A DNA stretch of 55,736 bases, from the IMG/VR virus record IMGVR_UViG_3300027985_001320, positions 1-55,736 of that record; one strand, 5' to 3'. This DNA is from a virus. Its lineage: Duplodnaviria; Caudoviricetes. Position numbers and translations under genes: made by a program. Below, piece by piece: positions 1 to 7,245 of the stretch (the stretch's first letter is position 1; every line of letters starts with the position of its first letter). The notes under the pieces are model-generated. The model ran no database searches, was not told the DNA's origin, and saw only the letters and a list, made by a program, of their open reading frames with translations.

Positions 1-345
1 TATTATATTAAATATTTATAAATATAAAAAACCAAAGAATTAATAAATAAAATAAATTTTATTTATAATACTCTTTACGCGTGGCATACGCACACGCGAT
101 AGAGAAGCAAGATTTTTCAAAGGATATTTTTCCTTCGGAAAAACCTACCCCTCCGGGTTAAAACCCGGTAAAATCTATCGGGTAACCATCGCAAAAAATC
201 CCCTGGAGGGGGATTTATAAAAAATTCAACAGGGTTTACCTGGTAATGCTGTTCGCCGCAATTATACGCGCGCGCGGGCGCGGGCGCGCGACTGAGAGTT
301 GCAGTAGAAAAACCCTGAAAACAACGCTAAGTGTTTGATTCTATG
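1..345. other. Non-coding AT-rich region with short inverted repeats, CG tract and IHF-like site (possible origin/regulatory region)
   Basis: 1-70 almost pure A/T. Short inverted repeats at 127-143, ~154-169 and 196-216. (CG)n-rich tract ~268-290. TAAGTGTTTGATT at 328-340 (reverse AATCAAACACTTA fits WATCAANNNNTTR). No credible ORF. Function is inferred. Confidence 0.35.
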
Positions 346-377
346 GGGAAAAATGCGAAAACGGTAAAAAAATACTT

Positions 378-660
378 GCGTGACACATGGTTTGAACGTG
401 AAGCTGCGCAGTGTCTCCCACCCATCGCCAAGTGCGAGCACTGTCTCCCCGTGACCCCAAGGCTTGGCCCCATGGCTGAGGGATGCTGCGTAAAACTTCA
501 CGTCACTGCACGATCGTGTGCTTGGAACCCGTAACACCACCACGGAACTGGTCGACTTACCCTCGAAATGTTTCCCCCAACGGTGTGTGCTACGGGCAAG
601 GCAGGAGGCCTTGCTCGAACGAGGACCCTGTGCGCCTACTGGGCATACCGCCCCCCAACC
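378..660 (+). ncRNA. Candidate structured non-coding RNA
   Basis: Nested helices found by eye: 396-403/496-503, 406-417/480-491, 528-533/591-596, 534-538/582-586, 596-602/608-614. No credible ORF. Strand uncertain. Confidence 0.4.
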
Positions 661-674
661 ATCGGAGCATCACG

Positions 675-893
675 ATGAATTCACCGCAAGTTATCACGAT
701 CGCTGTACAAGGCGATTGCAGCACCGGTACCCCCAGCGTGGTCAACGTGATCCGCCAGGCGCTACTCCACGCCTATGGTGCCCAGACCGCCATCCTGGTT
801 GAGTCCTCGGGAGACGCTGTGGCGCTCGCCCCGTCAGCGGATACCCTGTTCGTGCTGAAAGAAAAAACCACCCCGACTTTCTCGAATAGCTGA
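675..893 (+). CDS. Small hypothetical protein (72 aa), degenerate P-loop-like N-terminus, paralog of the next gene
   Basis: GGAG at 664-667 then ATG 675, in frame with ORF 483..893. VITIAVQGDCSTGTPSVVNVIRQAL resembles TIRIAVAGSGATTVLRLIEKNL of the next gene. Confidence 0.65.
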   Translation: MNSPQVITIAVQGDCSTGTPSVVNVIRQALLHAYGAQTAILVESSGDAVALAPSADTLFVLKEKTTPTFSNS

Positions 894-930
894 TACCCTA
901 TCGGCCGCTACGTTGGAGCGAGACATCACG

Positions 931-1440
931 ATGAGTCATTCTGATAATAAAACCATTAGGATCGCCGTCGCCGGTAGCGGCGCAACTACCGTATTGCGCC
1001 TGATCGAGAAGAACTTGCGCGCCACCTATCCGGACGCGGTCGTTCAAGTGTCGGCGGATATGCCCGATGAATCTGGCCTTCTTTTTGTTAACGAGGCGAG
1101 TCTGTCGAGGCACGAAACAACAATCCCGCTGGAACCCCTAGGGATCAGGCAAGTCCTCGACTTGGTCGTTAAAGCCCGTGAAGCCGTGGCGATCGATCAC
1201 ATCGAGACTGGGTTATGGGCAGCAGAACTCTGTGAGCTGTTGCCGCCGGAGGTTAAGGCTGACGTTAGCCGCATTAAGCAGGCCATTCGTGAAAACAGCA
1301 ACCCGTTTATTGGGTTTGATGATGAGCGGACGGAAAACTTGCACCACTACCTGACCACCTGCAGTAAAGATTTTCTCCAGCGTGAAATTCAGGCCTTAAT
1401 GAAAACAATCGAGTTCCTTAAACCTTACAGCGAAGAGTAA
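931..1440 (+). CDS. Hypothetical protein (169 aa)
   Basis: ORF 913..1440. ATG at 931 is preceded by CATCACG, the same context as the start at 675. Confidence 0.75.
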   Translation: MSHSDNKTIRIAVAGSGATTVLRLIEKNLRATYPDAVVQVSADMPDESGLLFVNEASLSRHETTIPLEPLGIRQVLDLVVKAREAVAIDHIETGLWAAELCELLPPEVKADVSRIKQAIRENSNPFIGFDDERTENLHHYLTTCSKDFLQREIQALMKTIEFLKPYSEE

Positions 1441-1488
1441 TCCCTTCACGTAGGCAAAAGGTCGGTTGCAGGAAAGGCAAACCTTAAC

Positions 1489-1575
1489 CCCCCGGTGGTG
1501 AAATTGGTAGACACAAGGGATTTAAAATCCCTCGACCCTTAGGTTGTACCGGTTCGACTCCGGTCCGGGGGACCA
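1489..1575 (+). tRNA. trnL: tRNA-Leu (anticodon UAA), type II with encoded CCA
   Basis: Acceptor CCCCCGG/CCGGGGG, discriminator A, CCA. D-loop with GG. Anticodon arm AGGGA-TTTAAAA-TCCCT. Long variable arm. T-arm ACCGG-TTCGACT-CCGGT. Confidence 0.96.
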
Positions 1576-1595
1576 CTTACTAAAGCGAGACGGAT

Positions 1596-1838
1596 ATGGA
1601 CAGGACTGTGGATGACGATAAGATCGCTGAAATAATCGACCTACCCGTTAAGTCTGACCTCATTACCGATCGGGTAAAGGGACCTGAGAATCGCTTTAAA
1701 GAAATGATGGCAATGCGAAAAGCCATCAGTATCGGGAAACGGCCAAATTGCTTACGCAATAAGACCTGCCTGTGCGGCAGTGGGTTAAAGTTCAAACAGT
1801 GTTGTGGCCGGGTGCGGCGAGCCGATAAAACGAATTGA
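1596..1838 (+). CDS. SEC-C (SecA C-terminal-type) zinc-binding motif protein
   Basis: RNKTCLCGSGLKFKQCCGR matches the SEC-C consensus RNxxCPCGSGKKYKxCCG. Confidence 0.85.
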   Translation: MDRTVDDDKIAEIIDLPVKSDLITDRVKGPENRFKEMMAMRKAISIGKRPNCLRNKTCLCGSGLKFKQCCGRVRRADKTN

Positions 1839-1873
1839 GTGTTGTCACTAACGGTAAGACTAGGTTCTAACCG

Positions 1874-1914
1874 ACCAAGGTAGCGGGTGGCTACTACCTT
1901 GGGTTTTTTTTTTT
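1874..1914 (+). terminator. Intrinsic terminator
   Basis: CCAAGGTAG...CTACCTTGG stem followed by an 11-T run. Confidence 0.85.
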
Positions 1915-1954
1915 GCAAAATCTATGATTCCGACTACGACTAAGGCCGCCTATC

Positions 1955-3286
1955 ATGCTTACGTTAACCCCAGAACTACAGTCGTTATACACTGATGAGG
2001 ATGTTCTTGCATCCCTTCAGGCTGTTGACACCCACGTATCCGTACAGGCTAATGAACCGATCACCGCGGACATTAAAAAGATTTTCGATGAAGAGTGCAG
2101 TGACGTGGTTTTCGACCGCGCGCTTTTGAAAAACATGGTGGAATACGTCCAACGGTTTTTGCATAAAAACAGCGATCATGTTGATTTTTTCGGGGGTAAC
2201 TTAACCGGTGTGCAAGTGGTACGGTTTACCGATGCGGACAGCAATCGACTCTTCGATGAAATCTTGGAAGTCGATGAAGATACCATGCAACGTAAACTGA
2301 ATGCCCATCCGAAAATTGATCCGGAATGGAAGCGCGTGAGCAGTATCTATAACGTGACCATGCTGTGGTTACTCTACAGCTTTCAGAACGCTTCCAAACT
2401 TAATGCCAAAGAACGTCGTCAGGGACAGATGTCAACACTGATCATGTTGCAGGCTAAGTTTTTAACCAGCTATTTGTTTCAAGCCTACCGGTATCCGGCC
2501 GACCCTGATATTGCACAAGCGGCCGCCGAACAACTGAACCGTAAGTTTATTTTGAAGCAGGCAGGGAACTGGTATAACGTGCTGGTGATTCGGGCAACCT
2601 ATATCCTCGATAATAAATACCCCAACCTGTGGGCTCATTTTAACGATGACAGTGAAATCATCGATGCGGTTCAAGACATACAGCAGGGGATTAAATCCGT
2701 TGCTAAGAGCGTTACCGCTGTCTTCTACGACATGCATAAGGCGGGTAAACGCGTCATTTCCACATCGAACATTATCGACATCGAAGGGGAATCTCAGATC
2801 CGAGCTACCATTCGTCGGGTAACGGAATATAAGCGCTACCTGCAAGATATATCGCATGATGCAAAGGACCTGATCAAAGATGAGTTGGTTAAGATCATCT
2901 TGGAATATATGCCTACCGCCAGTGAGCGCTTTTTCCGTGAGACCTTGGTGTTTATCGCTGAGTCTCGGGGGAGTCGCCAATATGAACGGCTTATTAACAC
3001 GTTCATTGATAACCTCATCATCCATGCCTTCGGGGTAATGGATCGTGACCGCGCGCAGTTGGCTAAGGGACATTTTGGGGAGATTTTAACGCGTCTGCAG
3101 GGGGTCTATATGTCTGCCCGCTCGACCGACCCCAGCTTGTTGGAGTTGCGTCAGATGGGGGAGCAGTTAGTCGTTAAGGGCAGCCATGCCACTTCGCAAG
3201 GTACCATCGCCGCCGTACGCACCAGCTTAATGCTCTACTTAGTGCTACGTGCCTTAGCCATGAAACACTATCACCAAATGAGCTAA
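1955..3286 (+). CDS. Conserved phiKZ-like virion structural protein (probably gp32 family) with N-terminal propeptide-like segment
   Basis: 443-aa ORF with KNSDHVDFFGGNLTGVQVVRF, typical of this chimallivirus core family. Convergent on the terminase gene. Confidence 0.65.
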   Translation: MLTLTPELQSLYTDEDVLASLQAVDTHVSVQANEPITADIKKIFDEECSDVVFDRALLKNMVEYVQRFLHKNSDHVDFFGGNLTGVQVVRFTDADSNRLFDEILEVDEDTMQRKLNAHPKIDPEWKRVSSIYNVTMLWLLYSFQNASKLNAKERRQGQMSTLIMLQAKFLTSYLFQAYRYPADPDIAQAAAEQLNRKFILKQAGNWYNVLVIRATYILDNKYPNLWAHFNDDSEIIDAVQDIQQGIKSVAKSVTAVFYDMHKAGKRVISTSNIIDIEGESQIRATIRRVTEYKRYLQDISHDAKDLIKDELVKIILEYMPTASERFFRETLVFIAESRGSRQYERLINTFIDNLIIHAFGVMDRDRAQLAKGHFGEILTRLQGVYMSARSTDPSLLELRQMGEQLVVKGSHATSQGTIAAVRTSLMLYLVLRALAMKHYHQMS

Positions 3287-3287
3287 C

Positions 3288-3321
3288 GAAGAGAGGCCCT
3301 TAGGGCCTCTCTTCTATGCTG
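3288..3321. terminator. Bidirectional hairpin between convergent genes, followed by TATGCTG
   Basis: GAAGAGAGGCCC-TTA-GGGCCTCTCTTC (12-bp stem). Confidence 0.75.
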
Positions 3322-3330
3322 TGGGTTAGG

Positions 3331-5475
3331 TTAGTGTCGGATCCTGATGGTAATATTGCCGCGCTGATGTTGATGGTCCTGTCGTTTCTTAGAGGCGTTA
3401 ATAACCGCATCGATTGATTCCAACAGCGTATCATCATCTTTGACTTTTCCCGCCAAGACTTTAAGTCGCGATTTGATAATTTCTTGCTGTATCGGACTGT
3501 CACAATTCTCCAGCATCTCTGTCATGGCCTCGATGGCACCGCGCAGACGACCTTGTTCCTCTCGCTGATACTGCTCTGCGACACTAAGGGTGGTGGATTC
3601 CCGTTTACAGGCGGATAATACCCGGCCCGGGTCAATGCCGTAGTAGCTTAAGTTAAGCCCGTGCATAAGGAACCACTGTGCCAGGAGCCAACTCACCACC
3701 CGGTCATCATGCTGCCCTTCACTGTGGTCGATGCGACCGTCCTTCACTACCAACGCCATGAGTTCAGCCGCCAGGTGTTCATCGTAGATCCCATGGGCAC
3801 AGATCGATGTGGCACGCTTAAAGACGTTTACATACAGTTCCCGCCGACTGTCCCCGGTGGTTACAAAACCGAAAAAGCCTTTGTACTTTACGTACACGGC
3901 GGGATCCCGGCGGTGTAACGGCCCCTGAATGAGCTTAAAGGCCTCTTTTGTCGGCCCTGAGGCTTCATGTACCACTCGGTTATAGATCCGTTTAAAGGGG
4001 TCTTCACCGTGTTCTGGCAGCATCGTTAACAAAGTATCGATGATGCTCTGCGCGGTGGACTTACGTTCGATCACCAGGACCGTATTACGGTTAGCCACCA
4101 TAAACTCCAAGAGGAACTGAGTGTAACGGTTTAAGAGGGTTTCATTACACGCCATCGACCCCACGGTTTCTCCGGTCTCACTGTCCACCAGCTCCAGCGA
4201 CAGTCGGTCACGCCCGATACCCTCACTGGTATCAAGCCCAAGGATGTAGGTCTTGTGTGGGTTATGCTGCGGCCGTTGGTGTACCGGTACAAACCAATCG
4301 AAGAGGTACTCACCGCCAAAGAGTTCGGTATCCACCGCCGGCCGTTTTACACGAAGAATAATGGCCCGCGCCTGTTCTTCAAGGGGCGACATCAGGTCAC
4401 CGGAGGTCCAGATATTCAGTAGATCACGGTCAGCGGCTTCACCACTTAAACCCGTTTCCTTTGCGGTTCTAAAGAGCCACTCATCACTGTACCCTAACTG
4501 GCGGTGTGAAAAAACCGCCGACACGATATTCTTATCCCCAGGCGAATACTTAGTAACGATCTTTTCAAAATGGTCCTTATCGATCGAGTCCATCAGGGGC
4601 TCTGACCACGGACACCCACCGGTTAATAACCCATAGACGTACGCCCCGTCTCGGCTATTCAATTTACCAGCGGTCGTGGTTAGCATCGTGCCGTAGGGGT
4701 TACCGCTTTCAATAGCCTCTCTGCGTGCTGCGATACCCCCCGGCATCGCTGCTTGCATGGTAACCTGTATGTTGAAGAAGAAGGGCGACTCGTCGATTTG
4801 GCGCACCGGGGTAGTCATCCCACGCCCTAGGTTATCCGCACCCTGGACACTACTGCGGGCTACCCCCGTGATATACCGGTTATTACGGGCATAGTAGGTA
4901 ATCTCATGTTGGTTATCGAGGTCAACCCCTTTCATTGTTTCGTTAAGATAGGACGGCATGCGTGCCATTAATGCTTTCATGCGGTGAATGTTCGCGCGCC
5001 GCAGCGGATCGTCTTTAGTGAGCATGGTGTGGTCGGTGTTATTCGACCAGAACATTAAACAGCCACTTTGAATACAGTCAGCGATAATCGACTTACCCGT
5101 TTGTCGTGGTTGAATCAACAGGATATCTTGTCCAGCCCAGAATGTCCAAAAGAGGGCCATATTGCCTCGGTCAGCCCGAAACTGAAACCCATCCCCCGCG
5201 GACGCCCGGGGCGGAATGCGGATAATTTCACGCAATACATACGTGGGGTTCAACTCACACTCCACTCTAATGCGTGTTTTTAACTCCCCCGATAAGTTGG
5301 GGTCACGGGGATTAACCCCCACAAGCTCACGGTCCAACAACGCCAGTGGCCATTGATGGTTTTTGATGTGCATGTTTTTATAATCTTGCGCCAACGCCAG
5401 AAACGTTTTATTCGTAGTGTTGGTGTCAATAATAGCCCCTGGATGATTCATCCAGTCGTGTCGGAAGATAATCAT
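3331..5475 (-). CDS. terL: Terminase large subunit (phiKZ gp25-like)
   Basis: Walker A PRQTGKS, Walker B RQIDES, motif III TTTAG, RNase H-like nuclease LGLDTSEGIGRD and HDDRVVSW. 714 aa. Confidence 0.93.
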   Translation of the reverse strand: MIIFRHDWMNHPGAIIDTNTTNKTFLALAQDYKNMHIKNHQWPLALLDRELVGVNPRDPNLSGELKTRIRVECELNPTYVLREIIRIPPRASAGDGFQFRADRGNMALFWTFWAGQDILLIQPRQTGKSIIADCIQSGCLMFWSNNTDHTMLTKDDPLRRANIHRMKALMARMPSYLNETMKGVDLDNQHEITYYARNNRYITGVARSSVQGADNLGRGMTTPVRQIDESPFFFNIQVTMQAAMPGGIAARREAIESGNPYGTMLTTTAGKLNSRDGAYVYGLLTGGCPWSEPLMDSIDKDHFEKIVTKYSPGDKNIVSAVFSHRQLGYSDEWLFRTAKETGLSGEAADRDLLNIWTSGDLMSPLEEQARAIILRVKRPAVDTELFGGEYLFDWFVPVHQRPQHNPHKTYILGLDTSEGIGRDRLSLELVDSETGETVGSMACNETLLNRYTQFLLEFMVANRNTVLVIERKSTAQSIIDTLLTMLPEHGEDPFKRIYNRVVHEASGPTKEAFKLIQGPLHRRDPAVYVKYKGFFGFVTTGDSRRELYVNVFKRATSICAHGIYDEHLAAELMALVVKDGRIDHSEGQHDDRVVSWLLAQWFLMHGLNLSYYGIDPGRVLSACKRESTTLSVAEQYQREEQGRLRGAIEAMTEMLENCDSPIQQEIIKSRLKVLAGKVKDDDTLLESIDAVINASKKRQDHQHQRGNITIRIRH

Positions 5476-5520
5476 GACTGTTTATACCTGTTTGATAGTG
5501 TAGGCGTCATAGGGCCCTAA

Positions 5521-5546
5521 AAGAGGGGTCCCAAAGGACCCCTCTT
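5521..5546 (-). terminator. Hairpin between gp26-like gene and terL
   Basis: AAGAGGGGTCC-CAAA-GGACCCCTCTT, followed on the minus strand by TATGACG. Confidence 0.65.
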
Positions 5547-5560
5547 ATAACCCCCCATCA

Positions 5561-7234
5561 TCAGGAGGGGGGATTGACCAAGGTATGTATCGGCAAGGCA
5601 GCCATGCCGACTTGTAACGTTACCCCGTTGGCGAGGCGTTTTTCGAAGTGGATGGTGACCAGACTCCCTTCGGCCAGTAACGTCCCCACGGTAAACACCG
5701 TGTTCCAGTAGGTGATCGGGTACGTCGTACTGACACCCGCCAGGGTTAACCGGAAGTGGGTCGGAATCAGATCGTCCAGGGTCTCTACTTGATCATTCAG
5801 CACCGGCAAGCCTTTGCGCAATAGCTCGTCGACCCAGATAGCCATGTCACTGATACCCGAATCGATCTTGACATTGTACAGATTGGTGTTGACATATGCA
5901 ATCGTTGCAAAGAGGTTTTCACCGTACCAGCTCGGTTGTTCCGTGGTAAACTTCACCGCCCAGTTACCGGCGTAGGTCGTGCCGATATTCTTCAACCAGA
6001 TCTTTTCCGTCTGCACGTGATTGTAGTTACTGAAGCGACCATTAACCGACCGCAGGTTAACCGTAAAGGTTAGCGTTTGCTCGGCCACGTAGTTGGTTGG
6101 GTAGAACGGGTTAGAGTTCGCCCCTAACTGTACATACGGCGTAATGTAGTAGAACGCATTACGATCGATCATGTACAGATAATGTTCAAGGGTATACCCT
6201 TCGGCTTCACTGATCCAGCGCGGGAAAGTGAAGATCTTACAGTTATATGCCCCCTCCGCTTGAATCGCTTTGACAGTATACGGCTGTTGTATAGAAGCTC
6301 CGTCCGGTGCTACCACCAATGACGACGTCGTTTCGCCTTCACCGAAGTAGTATTTCAGCACGATTTCTCGCGTCGCATCCGGAATCATCACGTTGAAGTT
6401 CGTCAGTCCCAGAATCGCAAACTTGTTACCGTCGATGGCGATCCGCAGCGATGTCCCGTCGGCATAATTAACCACCCCTCGCATCAGGATCCCGTCCAGG
6501 TTGACGTTGTTAGGCACTTCCAACATACGATCGTCAGTGGCAGAGAGGAACTCACACTCCAGCCCAATTGAGTCAACCTGTTTGGGTGCGGTGGCATAGT
6601 CTGGAATGTAGTTCGTCTGCATTACGATCAGCGGCTGAACCTTCACAATCCCGCCCGTCGCACTGTAACCAACGAAGACCACTTTCTCCCCATCGGTCAC
6701 ATCCCGGGTCGTGTACCCGATCACCGGGTGCTTAGTGGTGACGTTTTGGTACTCATCTGTCGACACCAGTTCCATTGGAATCTTGTTGCTGACAAACTCA
6801 CCTGACGCATTGAACCACGCACTGATGATCGCATCTTCATTCGACAGATCCGTCCCGACAAAGATGGCATAGCTGACGACTGAAGAGTCATGTGTCACCA
6901 GCGAGCTATCCACACCCATCCGGGCAGGGACGACATCGTAGTTGATATAACACCGAAACATCTCGGTTTGATGCCCCCCTGAAAGCCCCAGCAGACCATC
7001 CTCTACCGAGGTATCAAGGTCACTGGTTGGGTCAGACCAGGGTTCGAGTTCAGACGTATAGTCTTCATTGACGACGGTGACGATCCAAAACCCCGTCAGT
7101 CGGTCCCATGCCATATCACCCACATTAGGAACGGCCCGTCCCGTTCCATCCTGACCCGTGTAGAGACTGTCCAGGGCATGGAGCCGCCACTGCTCATCGG
7201 TGGGGGGGATGGGGACAATAATATCCACTGCCAT
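5561..7234 (-). CDS. Virion structural protein, phiKZ gp26-like (likely tail/baseplate)
   Basis: 557-aa beta-rich acidic ORF. Syntenic position between terL and gp27-like. N-terminal W...LYTG.DG.G..VPNVGD motif. Confidence 0.7.
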   Translation of the reverse strand: MAVDIIVPIPPTDEQWRLHALDSLYTGQDGTGRAVPNVGDMAWDRLTGFWIVTVVNEDYTSELEPWSDPTSDLDTSVEDGLLGLSGGHQTEMFRCYINYDVVPARMGVDSSLVTHDSSVVSYAIFVGTDLSNEDAIISAWFNASGEFVSNKIPMELVSTDEYQNVTTKHPVIGYTTRDVTDGEKVVFVGYSATGGIVKVQPLIVMQTNYIPDYATAPKQVDSIGLECEFLSATDDRMLEVPNNVNLDGILMRGVVNYADGTSLRIAIDGNKFAILGLTNFNVMIPDATREIVLKYYFGEGETTSSLVVAPDGASIQQPYTVKAIQAEGAYNCKIFTFPRWISEAEGYTLEHYLYMIDRNAFYYITPYVQLGANSNPFYPTNYVAEQTLTFTVNLRSVNGRFSNYNHVQTEKIWLKNIGTTYAGNWAVKFTTEQPSWYGENLFATIAYVNTNLYNVKIDSGISDMAIWVDELLRKGLPVLNDQVETLDDLIPTHFRLTLAGVSTTYPITYWNTVFTVGTLLAEGSLVTIHFEKRLANGVTLQVGMAALPIHTLVNPPS

Positions 7235-7245
7235 GATATCACCCT

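Noticed and set aside
262-802. ORFs 262..543, 331..534, 518..802 and the 5' extension of 483..893
   Set aside because: No RBS, atypical composition, and overlap with the structured non-coding region. Only the part from ATG 675 has a ribosome-binding site and a paralog.
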